Shown: positions 46,292 to 56,682, counted from the first letter of the stretch. The stretch: 56,682 nucleotides of DNA from a virus (IMGVR_UViG_3300032086_002223:1-56682); one strand, 5' to 3'. Numbers and translations are program-made. Notes: generated by a model not told the origin, from the sequence alone.

Positions 46292-49200
46292 TCAACCCGA
46301 GCTAACATAGGAAGAAAGTGTAATATTTGATTTTCTGTTTGCTTTTTCTTCAAAATCGGGTACTAAGTAGGAAGAATAGTAACTATTTAAGTCTTGAATT
46401 CTCAATCCTTCGAGTTTACTTCTTTCATCCATCAATTTTCCACCCTCATTTTCTAATAATATTGCGTCATCATCACCGTGATGATGGATATAATATGCAA
46501 TGTCAAATGCTCTTTGATTTGATATTATATTTATACTTCGTAAAGTAGGCCCTAATCTTGCACTTGAAACTGTAGATGCAACACCCAAACTTCTTTCTGA
46601 CACAAAATATTCATCTCTAATTGTTATGGTTGCATCTTCTAATACCCATTTCTCATTACCGATGTTAACCCCATTAGTATTGGTTGTTGCAGTTTCAAAC
46701 AACAATGCATCTCCAGTATCTTGGTCATGTGATTGATTAGGATATGCCTGTTCATCATCTACATGGTCTTGTTGTGTTTCATTTGATGGTGGTTCTTGTA
46801 CCAAGAAGTTATCCACAGGTTCTTGAATCACTCTAGAACCATCTTCAAATATTAAGAACTCTTCTGCATATGAATCAAACTGAAGGACTTTACCTTTATC
46901 TGCTGGTCTAAAACTACCACCTGTTACTAGGTCTTCTCTTCTTTGATATTCGTTATTGTTAAAGTCTAGTGACAATGATGTTTTTGCAAGATTACCTGAT
47001 ACACCACCTTCTTGTCTCAATCCTACCTGTGAAACTGATGTTGCAAACGAATTGATAACAAATAAATTTAAGTGTCTTGCTCTGTGTGAACTATCACCTA
47101 TCTCTGTGAATGCACCTGATTTTGCACCTGCTGGATTTGATACACTAACAATGTCATACGTTGTTGGTTTAATTGCACCATTTGTTCTTGGGTCTGTTGT
47201 TGCAGTCGGTATACCTGCTTCATTTAATACTACTAATGCATCATTGAGTTCATCTTCTCTTGTCTCCATGATGACAAACACTTTATGTGTTGAGTTAATC
47301 TTAGCTTCTACTTCTAATACTCTAGAAACAAAACTGTCATCACTCTCAAGAATTTCTGTTCCAATAACATAACCCTGTCCAGTGACTTGGTCAATGATAC
47401 CTGTTACGTTTATATCGTTTCCACTATCATAAACAATACCGTTGATGTATCTTTCTGCTTTTAGTTTACCGTCTAATGTGTCTTCTAGTTCAATAGGATA
47501 ATAATTATTGACTGCATTATCATCTGATGTATTCCATGTCTCATCTTCCCATACTATGTCTACTGAATCTACTTTTGAACCAATGATGAGTGTAGGTATG
47601 AATGCTCTTGTTGTTTCAGTACTATCAAATGTTCTGTTATATACATCTGCAGTTGCATTAACGTTTGTTCTAATTGCAACCTCACCAAAGAATATGTGTC
47701 CAGCAGGGTGAATGAGGTTCTTAACAATAGACCTCCACTTGTTGATAGATTCACCTACTTTGATTACATATGAATGTGTTTGATAATACTTACTATCAAA
47801 GATGTTCATTGCAGATGCATCTAAGTAACCATAGTCGTTTGCAAAGTTTCCATCTTCTATTGCCTCACCAACAAAGTTACCCATTGCTCTAATAGGATTG
47901 AACTTTGCAACCTTAGAAGTTCCACCAGTAAATGTTAACCGTTCTCCTTCCTTAAAATAACCTGTGAGGTCTTTAAATTTTAATACACTAGTTGTTGTAT
48001 TGTAATCGATAACAGTACCTGTTGCACCTGAGGTACTACCTGTAATTGTTACTCCACGTGCAAGAACACTTGTTGGTGTAGTGACCAACATTGGGAAAGT
48101 ACTACTTGACTTTATCTTACCATGTGTGTTATACTTATTACCCACCTCTGTCATTCTTAGTGAACCAACTCCACCAATAGTTGTTGAGTATGCAAGAACT
48201 TTTGCGTTCGTTCCTGATGGTACGTTGTGTTGTTTTATTGTTCCAGTTGCAGAGGATTGTGAACCCGTAATGGTTTCATTAGTATTAAATGAACCTGAAT
48301 CATCGGGTCTTCTTTGTACTTCTAATCTGTTACTATCTGTATCGATATAGACAATCTTACCAGTTCCACCACCAGCACCAGTTATGGTTTCACCTACTTG
48401 GAATCCTGATAGGTGTGTTGCAGACATATAAATGTATCCGCCAGGTGCAGCTGTTGGTAATGAGTTGTATCCAGCACCTTTATTGAGTATAGTTACTTTT
48501 CTAATTCCTGTGGGTGCAGTTAGACCATCAACACTATCGTATGTTAGAGGTGTTCCGTCTTCTGCAAGAATACTATTAAACTGACCAAATATTTCTACAA
48601 AATCTCCACCGTTTAATGGAGTGGTAAATGTTATTGTATCGAGATTGTCATTTATAGTAAACCCATCTGTTTTGGTTACACCGTTTAAATCAACCCTTAC
48701 AGTGTTTTCATCAAATGCCATGACAAGATTATTATCATCTAATCCTGAGAATACTGATTGTCCACTTGTTGCAGTATACTCGAAGTGTCCGAAGTGTACA
48801 CCTGATTCAGATAACATGATGTCACCTACAGCTTCGATTCTACCTAATGCACCTGAACCACCAGTTCCTGCGTTATCAAATATAATCAAATCACCGTCTG
48901 CAAATCCACTACCTTGTTCGGATATGTAAACCTCTGTGACTGACCCTGATGTTAACCCATCAACCTGACCTGTTGCATCAGTGGCGTCATCCCCTTTTCC
49001 TGATTCAAAAACTATATTATCAGTTAAGGTGTACAGTGAACCAAGTGTTGCAGTGTCATCTTCGTTAATGAATCCTGTTCCATCCTCTAATAACAAATCA
49101 CCTGAGTTATCTTCTAAATTAAATGCGTTAGAATAACCTACACTTGTTGTTGCACCTGATATTACACCTCTAAGTATACCTGTTTGTATTTCTTTGGTTT

Positions 49201-50161
49201 GTCTGTTTTCAACTTCTATCGAACCATCTACTGTAAACTCACCGAAGTGAAAATCTGATATTTGTACTTTGTAGTTAATCTCAGAGTTGGGGTCAAAGAA
49301 TACACCTTCGATTACAGCTTCTGCAACCTTATTACCTAGTGAATCTTTTTGTACAATCCTACCATTTGATGGTGGTTGAAATCTAGGTTCATCCATACGA
49401 ACTTGTACAAAGTTCTTTTGTTTCCAACCTGAATCTGATACATGAAGTGTGTTATCAATAGGATACACAACTTCTGCATTTTCTTTGTAAAGGATTCTAA
49501 ACAAGAACTCTAGGGATTGTTTTGTACCCTTAGTCTTGTATAAATCCTTAATGTGTTTTATAATAAGTTTCTTATCTGCTTCAATCAAGAAATCAATTGA
49601 TGGCATGAAGTCCTTTTGGAAATATGCAAGAAACTCTTCTGTTGTTCTGTCGATATCAGAATAATCTAATAACTTGTTATTTGCAAGTATAGAATTCTGT
49701 CTATGTGTTTTTACTTTACCAGTTTGATTACTGGTTCTACCGAGGACTTGTTCACCCTCTTTGAAATTGTAATCAGTAATCATGTCTAGATACATGACTT
49801 TATCGTTGATTACTTTTATCTTTGCTAATGCACCTGATGTCTTACCAAAAATATACTCACCAACTTGAAAAGGTTGAGTAGAAGATAAGTCGAGATTAGC
49901 ACCGTCCCATATAGTGAACTTATTGTTCACCATAGGGGTTGGTTTAGCAGTTTCAGTTTCTTGAACGATACTTCCACTACCATCTTCTAACCCTAAGGTT
50001 TGAAGTTCACCTTGAGAATCTAGAGTCAGAATGTCCGACTCTAGAAAGTCAAAGTATGCATCTAAGAAGGCAACAAATTCGGGGGATTCCTCCCTTAGGT
50101 AATCGGGTAAAAGATTTACTAATCTATCCGATAAATTGTGTACCGTCTTATATGTTTTCAT
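46292..50161 (-). CDS. gp7: Baseplate wedge protein, gp7-like
   Basis: LP.Y.RE..P.FV.FL.AY..FLE, IKDLY..KGT..S..FLFR.LY, DS.YYQ.HSYVIK, HPAG..FGEV; between gp6 and gp8. Confidence 0.8.
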   Translation of the reverse strand: MKTYKTVHNLSDRLVNLLPDYLREESPEFVAFLDAYFDFLESDILTLDSQGELQTLGLEDGSGSIVQETETAKPTPMVNNKFTIWDGANLDLSSTQPFQVGEYIFGKTSGALAKIKVINDKVMYLDMITDYNFKEGEQVLGRTSNQTGKVKTHRQNSILANNKLLDYSDIDRTTEEFLAYFQKDFMPSIDFLIEADKKLIIKHIKDLYKTKGTKQSLEFLFRILYKENAEVVYPIDNTLHVSDSGWKQKNFVQVRMDEPRFQPPSNGRIVQKDSLGNKVAEAVIEGVFFDPNSEINYKVQISDFHFGEFTVDGSIEVENRQTKEIQTGILRGVISGATTSVGYSNAFNLEDNSGDLLLEDGTGFINEDDTATLGSLYTLTDNIVFESGKGDDATDATGQVDGLTSGSVTEVYISEQGSGFADGDLIIFDNAGTGGSGALGRIEAVGDIMLSESGVHFGHFEYTATSGQSVFSGLDDNNLVMAFDENTVRVDLNGVTKTDGFTINDNLDTITFTTPLNGGDFVEIFGQFNSILAEDGTPLTYDSVDGLTAPTGIRKVTILNKGAGYNSLPTAAPGGYIYMSATHLSGFQVGETITGAGGGTGKIVYIDTDSNRLEVQRRPDDSGSFNTNETITGSQSSATGTIKQHNVPSGTNAKVLAYSTTIGGVGSLRMTEVGNKYNTHGKIKSSSTFPMLVTTPTSVLARGVTITGSTSGATGTVIDYNTTTSVLKFKDLTGYFKEGERLTFTGGTSKVAKFNPIRAMGNFVGEAIEDGNFANDYGYLDASAMNIFDSKYYQTHSYVIKVGESINKWRSIVKNLIHPAGHIFFGEVAIRTNVNATADVYNRTFDSTETTRAFIPTLIIGSKVDSVDIVWEDETWNTSDDNAVNNYYPIELEDTLDGKLKAERYINGIVYDSGNDINVTGIIDQVTGQGYVIGTEILESDDSFVSRVLEVEAKINSTHKVFVIMETREDELNDALVVLNEAGIPTATTDPRTNGAIKPTTYDIVSVSNPAGAKSGAFTEIGDSSHRARHLNLFVINSFATSVSQVGLRQEGGVSGNLAKTSLSLDFNNNEYQRREDLVTGGSFRPADKGKVLQFDSYAEEFLIFEDGSRVIQEPVDNFLVQEPPSNETQQDHVDDEQAYPNQSHDQDTGDALLFETATTNTNGVNIGNEKWVLEDATITIRDEYFVSERSLGVASTVSSARLGPTLRSINIISNQRAFDIAYYIHHHGDDDAILLENEGGKLMDERSKLEGLRIQDLNSYYSSYLVPDFEEKANRKSNITLSSYVSSG

Positions 50162-50177
50162 TAATAGTTACCTATTA

Positions 50178-50663
50178 TTATACTACTGTTGCACCGTTTG
50201 ATTCAGCAATTGAATACCATGCAGAACCGTCCCAAAAACAAATAACTGCTTCACCCTTACTGTCTAAGACAATTTGGTTTGAAGATGCTGAGGATGAACC
50301 CCAACTTGTTACTGTGATGTTTGCGTCTGCAGCTGCATCGCCTGGGTCTGTTGTCATGATAATAATTTTTAACTGACCGACATGGTTACCATTATCCAAT
50401 GTGTATGCAATGTCACTGTTAGAACCTGAGATATCAATCTTAGTTACTAGTGTGTCATTACTACCCAAATTAGTTTGTGCAGTTGTTTCTGTTTCAATAG
50501 AATCACAAGCTAAAGTACTTGGGATGTTTTGGAACAAAGTTGCCAGTGACATTTTTTTGTTTACTGGTGTACCGCCGGGGTTATCTACAATGTGCAATAA
50601 GTCATCCGTACCAACTTCTGTTGATGCTATGGATGACAATGCTGTTATCTTTTTATCTGCCAT
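50178..50663 (-). CDS. Virion structural protein
   Basis: 161 aa; MADKKITAL, D.L.IVD..NKK, L.NG..GQLK.I, ..W.GS.W; RBS AGGAGA. Confidence 0.8.
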   Translation of the reverse strand: MADKKITALSSIASTEVGTDDLLHIVDNPGGTPVNKKMSLATLFQNIPSTLACDSIETETTAQTNLGSNDTLVTKIDISGSNSDIAYTLDNGNHVGQLKIIIMTTDPGDAAADANITVTSWGSSSASSNQIVLDSKGEAVICFWDGSAWYSIAESNGATVV

Positions 50664-50734
50664 TTTTTTCTCCTAAAAATATAATCCGAGTTAACGGGAA
50701 ACTACTCGCGGGACTCGCGTCACGTTTTTCATCA

Positions 50735-52606
50735 TTATGAGTATGTTGGGGTTGAGTTAAATCCAACTCCAGCACTCGATTCACCACTTGCGATGGTGTC
50801 TGCCTCACCTTTAACCGTTACGTTACTCAACTTGATGTCAATTAATTGACCTCTAGAAGAGACGATGTCATTACTGACTGGTGTCACGGTGAAAGCTATG
50901 GTAGAATCAGCATTACTTGTATCAGTAATATTAATTCCATCAATCTTTATTTCTCCAGTACCATAGTTTACAGTTCCTGCTTCTGAGTCTACATAAACTC
51001 TGTTTGCACCTGACTGATAGTAACGTCTTATTTTACCTAAACCGTCATCATCAAAGAACTGTGTATTTACACTATCTCCTGAAACTTTAAAACCTGTTGA
51101 TTGTAATATACCACCACCTGATGCATTGTGTCCATCATGTGGGTGATATAGTCCATTACCAAAAGTTATAGTATAACCTAATGATTTATTTTTGGTAATA
51201 ATTTGTTCGTATTTTAATTTGACTCTTGATATACTTGAGAGTATAGAAGAGTTTGCATTATCTATTGCACTAGAAAACTTAGAATATCTAAAGATAGAAT
51301 CAAATCCATTTAGGAAATTACTATCATAATTATCGATTGCAGTTTCTACTGCACTTTCTAGTTCACCTAAACTAACTGTTGCTTCTCTTGGATTGTATTT
51401 GAAAACAACATTAAGTATAATGTCAATTACTTTTGCATCTACTATGACTGGTCTTACAGTTAATATGTTAAGGTCTCTTAATTTTGCAACCACGTCTGCC
51501 TTCTCAGCTGTTGAAAGGTAATTACTGTTAACTGGTTTTAATGATAAGAATATCTTACCATACTCGGGTGGATTGTTATCTTCCCCACCCCATATTGCAA
51601 TTGCATCTGCATTCGGATAGAACTCTGACACTTTAGATTTGTAGTCATCAAGTGTTACCAGTCTGTTCTGTGATGCATAAGATTTAGATGCTTTGAATTT
51701 TATTGATTCAATAGATTCTTTTTCTGCACCACCATAAGCAGGTGTAACATTTTGTATTGATGCATCTGAGAAACCATTGATGTTATCTACTAGTGCAAAG
51801 TTCAAAGCACCATTTGCATGTACCACATCTGTTACAAGATATGTGACCTGAATGATATCACCATCAAAAGGTTTTGCACCTAGTGTATCATCTCCGAAAT
51901 AAAATTCTGTGTATCCATCTTCATTTTCTTGAGTGAAGTAAACCTTTGCAGTTGTTGTAATTGATGATACGTTTTCTGCTTTAGTGTAAGATGATGTCTT
52001 ACCATCACTAATCAATTTTACACCTAAGGTCGTAACATCACTTCTTAAATTTGATAATACAAACTTAGGATTTTTTTCTGTGGAGTCGTATACAAATGTA
52101 TCGGTTACATAGACACCTTGTTTTACATTAACACTTGGATAAACAAAAGTGGTACCATTCTGAGTAGGAGTTACAGATGCTGTTGCAACAAACTCATAGG
52201 TTGTTCCGTTATAAACAGTAGAGAATCTTTGTCCTCTAGGTAATGTCATAACTGCAGATGATGGAATAGTTCCATCTGCATTCCTGACTCCTACCAAATT
52301 AATATCAAAAACTGATGTTGCACTTGATACACTTGAAGGTGTAAATCCTAAATCTTTTGCACGTGATACTACGTTCTTTCTGATTTGTGCAGAATCTAAA
52401 AACATCTCACTAGCTGCAAGGTTAGTATTGAATGCAGAGATGTGAGATGAATATGCAAGAAGGTCAATTAGTGTTGCAAGGTTAGAACCTTCGAAGTTAT
52501 AATCCTTGAATGCATCTTGTCCTTTTAGGAAGTTTTTGAGGTTACTCGATATATCATCGAATCCTATGTCTGTAACGTTGAGTGTTGAACTTTTTACTTT
52601 TGCCAT
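50735..52606 (-). CDS. gp6: Baseplate wedge protein gp6
   Basis: F.DYNFEGS.L..LIDLLAY, EMFLDSA..R..VVS.AK.LG, QNRLVT..DY, WGGEDN.PP.YG, GTVNY.TG. Confidence 0.95.
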   Translation of the reverse strand: MAKVKSSTLNVTDIGFDDISSNLKNFLKGQDAFKDYNFEGSNLATLIDLLAYSSHISAFNTNLAASEMFLDSAQIRKNVVSRAKDLGFTPSSVSSATSVFDINLVGVRNADGTIPSSAVMTLPRGQRFSTVYNGTTYEFVATASVTPTQNGTTFVYPSVNVKQGVYVTDTFVYDSTEKNPKFVLSNLRSDVTTLGVKLISDGKTSSYTKAENVSSITTTAKVYFTQENEDGYTEFYFGDDTLGAKPFDGDIIQVTYLVTDVVHANGALNFALVDNINGFSDASIQNVTPAYGGAEKESIESIKFKASKSYASQNRLVTLDDYKSKVSEFYPNADAIAIWGGEDNNPPEYGKIFLSLKPVNSNYLSTAEKADVVAKLRDLNILTVRPVIVDAKVIDIILNVVFKYNPREATVSLGELESAVETAIDNYDSNFLNGFDSIFRYSKFSSAIDNANSSILSSISRVKLKYEQIITKNKSLGYTITFGNGLYHPHDGHNASGGGILQSTGFKVSGDSVNTQFFDDDGLGKIRRYYQSGANRVYVDSEAGTVNYGTGEIKIDGINITDTSNADSTIAFTVTPVSNDIVSSRGQLIDIKLSNVTVKGEADTIASGESSAGVGFNSTPTYS

Positions 52607-53031
52607 TATCTTACCCTACTTAAAGTAACTGTTAATTGTTGTTTATCTAAATTAGTCTGTCTAATTCTGTACGATATCTTTACGTCTACTTCTCCTCTAC
52701 CAGTTACTTCTCCGAACTTAACTTCTACTCCTGTAACTCTTGGTTCAAAATCTAAAATAGTTTTTTTAATATCTTCTGCATACTTGTAATGATATCTAGG
52801 GTTATCTAATTCAAATAACATCTCCCTAATATTACTACCAAATCCTGGCTTGAATGGTCTCTCATAATAGTTAGTCATCATGATATTACGTACAGCTCTC
52901 TTGACTGCATCGGTATCATACTTTAATGATATGTCACCAGTAACTGGATGTGGTCTGAAAAATAAATCTAAGTCTGCGTAGACTTTTTCTGATACTGTTT
53001 TCCCACTTGAGTTGATTTCTTTGTATGCCAT
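52606..53031 (-). CDS. gp25: Baseplate wedge protein gp25
   Basis: Y.DLDL.F..HPVT.D, AVKRAVRN...T...ERPF.P.FGS, FEPRV. Confidence 0.93.
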   Translation of the reverse strand: MAYKEINSSGKTVSEKVYADLDLFFRPHPVTGDISLKYDTDAVKRAVRNIMMTNYYERPFKPGFGSNIREMLFELDNPRYHYKYAEDIKKTILDFEPRVTGVEVKFGEVTGRGEVDVKISYRIRQTNLDKQQLTVTLSRVR

Positions 53032-53036
53032 CTAAC

Positions 53037-53044
53037 TATTTATA
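53037..53044 (-). promoter_or_regulatory. T4 late promoter (TATAAATA)
   Basis: Exact consensus 5 nt before the gp25 ATG. Confidence 0.85.
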
Positions 53045-53046
53045 CA

Positions 53047-54540
53047 CTAAACTTTGATTATTGAAATACTACTTCCTAAAACAGGGGCAGTATTGAAAAT
53101 AACATTACTTGAACTGATAGTATATGAACCTGTAAGAGGAAGAACACTCTGTTCTTCTCCATCAACAAAGACCTTTACTGTACCAACACCACTTGGTATT
53201 GAGAATATAGTAGTATTTCCGTCTGCAGTAAAACTTGAAACACCCTCATTACTTCCAGCATCATTGAAACTTATGAATCTTTGTATTAGTTTTCCATCTA
53301 CAACTGTATCTTGATTTTGTTTCTTAGTCTCTGAATCAATCTGTTGTACTCTTTGTGAATTATCATTATTAGGTGTAACTTGTTGTACACTCATTACACC
53401 TTTAATACCAACGATGGTCGGAATTGCAGGTGGGAATCCTATTAGTTTTAGAAAATCACAAAATGTAAGTGTTAGTATTTCAAATATTTTTCCTAGACCA
53501 ATTGCACTGAAAAACTTCTTAACAATCTTAACCCAATCAAACAACAACTTCTTCTGCCAGTTTTGACAAAAGTCTTGGAATGCAATTTTGATTTCCATAA
53601 TCTTTTGTTCTAATGATTCTACAGTTGTTTTAATCTTACCACCGATGATGGATAGTATATTAAACCCAAACACCGATAGTTTGTTCAATGCTTCATCTAT
53701 CTTCTCACCAATCTCTCTTAGTTCTTTCATGATAGCTTCTTTTGCAAGTGCAGTAAGATTACCCAAACTTAATTTCTCCAGTAATTCCTTTCGTTTCTTC
53801 ATAAACTTTTCAATAGCTAAATCTACTAATGCACCGATGTCGGGTATGGTGAATAGTTTTATAAGAGACGGTAGACCTAATGCATCCCATATCTCTTCAA
53901 ACTTATCAATCAACTTTCCAAAAACTTTAAACAGTGCATTGTTTAGAAAACCCTGTATCTCTGTTTTGATATACTGCCAAGTCATCTTTGCTTTCCACTC
54001 ATCACAAAGAACACCGAACTCTGCTTTCCATGCTCTTAACTTTTCGGGTATTAGGTTATAGAAGAAATCAATCTTTGCAAGTATCTTAGCTCTAATCTCT
54101 GACTGATATGTGGGGTCAAAGATTCTAACAATGTCAATTGCAAGTCCACCAAATTTGAAAATCAAATCTATTGGTATCAACTTCATTATAATTTCTGCAA
54201 CCTTTCTAGGTATGTAAATGTGAAACTCTTGAATCAATTCAGTGATTGCATCGTTAATCTCTTTCTGCCATTCACGTATCTTACCTTTAAAATCCCAATA
54301 AGGACTCAACAAGTTTTGTAACTTCTTAATAAAGTCTTCTATAGTCTTTATAAGTTCCCGTATCTCTTTACGTAAGTCTTCTGTAAGTTCATCTGCCATA
54401 GTAACAAGTGCAACTCTAAGTTGACTTGGTATTTGTGCAAGTTGATTAAGTGCATTGACTAAGTCTTCCTTAGTTGGTAAGGAAAATATCGTGTCGGGTG
54501 AACATCCAAAAGATGTTGGAACTTGTACTGTGAATGCCAT
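53047..54540 (-). CDS. Hypothetical amphipathic helical protein with a C-terminal beta module
   Basis: 497 aa, TAATG-coupled to gp5; K/I/L/F-rich helices. Confidence 0.85.
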   Translation of the reverse strand: MAFTVQVPTSFGCSPDTIFSLPTKEDLVNALNQLAQIPSQLRVALVTMADELTEDLRKEIRELIKTIEDFIKKLQNLLSPYWDFKGKIREWQKEINDAITELIQEFHIYIPRKVAEIIMKLIPIDLIFKFGGLAIDIVRIFDPTYQSEIRAKILAKIDFFYNLIPEKLRAWKAEFGVLCDEWKAKMTWQYIKTEIQGFLNNALFKVFGKLIDKFEEIWDALGLPSLIKLFTIPDIGALVDLAIEKFMKKRKELLEKLSLGNLTALAKEAIMKELREIGEKIDEALNKLSVFGFNILSIIGGKIKTTVESLEQKIMEIKIAFQDFCQNWQKKLLFDWVKIVKKFFSAIGLGKIFEILTLTFCDFLKLIGFPPAIPTIVGIKGVMSVQQVTPNNDNSQRVQQIDSETKKQNQDTVVDGKLIQRFISFNDAGSNEGVSSFTADGNTTIFSIPSGVGTVKVFVDGEEQSVLPLTGSYTISSSNVIFNTAPVLGSSISIIKV

Positions 54541-55559
54541 TATGAATTAAGTTTAAGTATGTTTCCGTAAAGACTGATAGTAGGTGCAGTGACTGACAAG
54601 TCTTTGATTGATGTAATATCAGTTTTACCTGTTACATCAATTTGTGCATCACCACCAACGTCTAATTTTGCATCACCTAAAATCTTGACATTTACTTTAC
54701 CACCGATGTACACTTCGTCATCTTTACAGACAACTGTGTATCTATCGTTTACAATTCTAGTTACCTCAGACCCATCATGATGAATCTCATGGAATGTTCC
54801 TGACCTGTGTTGAACTGCAATTCTTTCGTGGTTAAGTGTATCATCTACTTCTAGTAAATGACCTGATTCTGTGAATGTTGTTTTATTGTATGGATACTTA
54901 GGTTCTCTTTTTACACCTATATCTGTGTCTTTGAAATTGTCTAGAGATATTTCTCTATCTTTATAGTTTGGTTTTTCACCTGTATGGTATTTACCTAAAT
55001 CACTCTCACCTCTCTCTAGTGGATAATATGGTAAATCGGATTTAGTTACTTTGTCATTGGTAATCTTACTACCTTTACCTTTGTAATCTATTTCGATTTT
55101 GGATGGTAACTTAGGTGACTCTTCGATTGATACGTCTAGTCCAAATCCTCTTTGTGATGCATGTTTAGGATTCTCTCCATCGGGTGTATTTTTATAATCT
55201 GATTTAGATAACAATCTAGGGTCATTAAACCCGTCTGTTGTTTTAGGTCTATATTTTTGTTTGTCATCTTCTCTAGAATATTGTGATGAGATACCAGCAA
55301 CAACACCTGTGATGACTGGGTCTTGCATAGCTTTGTCTCTGAAGAACCCCACTACATTTGTACCCTCAGTCAAACCGTGTTGTGTACCAAAACCTGAATG
55401 ACCTGTAGATGTAGTTGGAAGGATAACCTGACACCATGGTAAGTCGGGTGTTGATATCATTTGTTTATCATGAGTGTGATACCCATGAATACGAACACGA
55501 ACCCTTCCTATCTTTAGAGGGTCATGTCTGTCTTCAACTACTCCGTAAAAATTTATCAT
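54540..55559 (-). CDS. gp5: Baseplate hub/spike gp5 without a lysozyme domain
   Basis: OB-fold GVVEDR.DPL..GRVRVR..G.H, DLPW, V.GFF.D; YPYN...TESGH..E.DDT...ERI...HRSGTF; short beta-helix tail. Confidence 0.92.
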   Translation of the reverse strand: MINFYGVVEDRHDPLKIGRVRVRIHGYHTHDKQMISTPDLPWCQVILPTTSTGHSGFGTQHGLTEGTNVVGFFRDKAMQDPVITGVVAGISSQYSREDDKQKYRPKTTDGFNDPRLLSKSDYKNTPDGENPKHASQRGFGLDVSIEESPKLPSKIEIDYKGKGSKITNDKVTKSDLPYYPLERGESDLGKYHTGEKPNYKDREISLDNFKDTDIGVKREPKYPYNKTTFTESGHLLEVDDTLNHERIAVQHRSGTFHEIHHDGSEVTRIVNDRYTVVCKDDEVYIGGKVNVKILGDAKLDVGGDAQIDVTGKTDITSIKDLSVTAPTISLYGNILKLNS

Positions 55560-56682
55560 GTTCTTTCACCTTTTTGTGGTGTATCATCAACTCTAACTCT
55601 TTCAATTGGTTTTGCAAATGATTCTTTTACACACTCTAGTATTAACTTAGCAGAATCTTTATTACCTATCTCTAGTGTCATGTCTGTAATCAGATACCTA
55701 TCATCTGTCTTCTCATCTTTTGGCATCATACCATCATCGTGAGGAACCTCTGCAGCTGGAATATCTAATTCTACAACTGTACCCACTGATACGTCTGACC
55801 TTGCAGACACCTCAACCACAACAATATTCTGTTGTAACTGTTCTAACATTGCTTGTCTCTGTAAACAACTGTTTTCATTGTTGTCTGAATTATATGAGAC
55901 AAAGACTTCCTTATCGTCTATTTTTTTTCTATTATCATATGCATGAGGCATTACATAATCATATTTTACTACTGAATTATATGATTCATTTAAACCATCC
56001 TCTTCTCCAAGTGTAACAACTTCGGGTGATACATCTTGGTCTTGTATCATTTTTCCTCTTAATAGTTTCTCAGGCCCTGATTTAATCATAGGGTATCCTG
56101 ATAAATGGTCTTTCATTGTTTCATTGAAGTGTTTACTTAAATCAAAGACACTACTCTTTACTGTTTTGTTTACTGGATTGAATGTTTTTAAAGTAGATGC
56201 AAAACCACCATTTTGTAAACCTCTTAGAGTATTAAAATGTGAAGGTCTATGATACCTAAGTATTTGAGTATTCAAACCGACTTGTTGGTCTTCTCTAGAT
56301 AACTCTCTATTGTCAACTGAAGACCTATCTCTATATGTAAATTTTACAGGTGCATTTAACTTTATCATTTCATGTAAAGGCATAAATCTCATTCCACCTG
56401 TGAGTGTAGAAAATAAAAAGAATGAGTTTTTATATGCAATTTTTCTATCTGATGTGTCTGCATTATCTTTACAAAACTCTAGTACACTATTAACATTCCA
56501 ATTGGGACTAATGAACTGAACATTCTTTGGTTCTGAATCAACAAACAAATCTAGGTCGTCTCTTTTTGCACCCAACTCATCAATCAAAACATTTGCAAGT
56601 ACACTGGTCATTGACCCCCTATACACTTTAGAAACTCTTTTCTTTAAACCAGTCATCAACATAGGGTCACATATATGTAATG
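55556..56682 (-). CDS. Baseplate hub-like protein (5' end outside the window)
   Basis: Frame open to the window edge; PNW, F.F......F, VG..V.L.IP, RYLI; directly upstream of gp5. Confidence 0.65.
   Translation of the reverse strand, partial: LHICDPMLMTGLKKRVSKVYRGSMTSVLANVLIDELGAKRDDLDLFVDSEPKNVQFISPNWNVNSVLEFCKDNADTSDRKIAYKNSFFLFSTLTGGMRFMPLHEMIKLNAPVKFTYRDRSSVDNRELSREDQQVGLNTQILRYHRPSHFNTLRGLQNGGFASTLKTFNPVNKTVKSSVFDLSKHFNETMKDHLSGYPMIKSGPEKLLRGKMIQDQDVSPEVVTLGEEDGLNESYNSVVKYDYVMPHAYDNRKKIDDKEVFVSYNSDNNENSCLQRQAMLEQLQQNIVVVEVSARSDVSVGTVVELDIPAAEVPHDDGMMPKDEKTDDRYLITDMTLEIGNKDSAKLILECVKESFAKPIERVRVDDTPQKGERT

Noticed and set aside
54540-55559. gp5 lacking a lysozyme domain as a novelty
   Set aside because: Lysozyme-less gp5 is usual in marine T4-like phages
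1-56682. tRNA or rRNA genes
   Set aside because: Intergenic gaps are short and none shows a cloverleaf or T-loop motif

Overview
A 56.7-kb, AT-rich segment of a T4-like myophage genome whose gene content and order resemble marine, non-enteric T4-like phages; the host cannot be assigned from this window. All credible genes are on the minus strand. In transcription order: baseplate genes (hub-like partial, gp5, a 497-aa unknown, gp25, gp6, gp7, gp8, a 2210-aa structural protein), a large fibre/adhesin region, a five-gene enzyme cassette, neck/terminase/tail/portal/head genes (gp13-gp23), gp3, uvsY, a 2OG-Fe(II) oxygenase and uvsW. The main finding is two paralogous Arg/Gln/Tyr/His repeat proteins (1373 aa and 745 aa) whose N- and C-terminal repeat arms mirror each other unit by unit around a shared central domain. 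Tyr-x-Tyr always faces Arg-x-Arg-Pro, and exactly one partner of every junction pair carries His (33/33 and 13/13, counted by hand). This points to very long self-complementary antiparallel hairpin stalks carrying a head domain. Each gene follows a fibre gene, and the larger one is directly followed by a glycosyltransferase/hydroxylase cassette that may modify it. Several T4 late promoters, two sigma70-type promoters, UUCG terminators and candidate structured RNA leaders are also visible. Family assignments come from motif recognition and synteny, not database searches.
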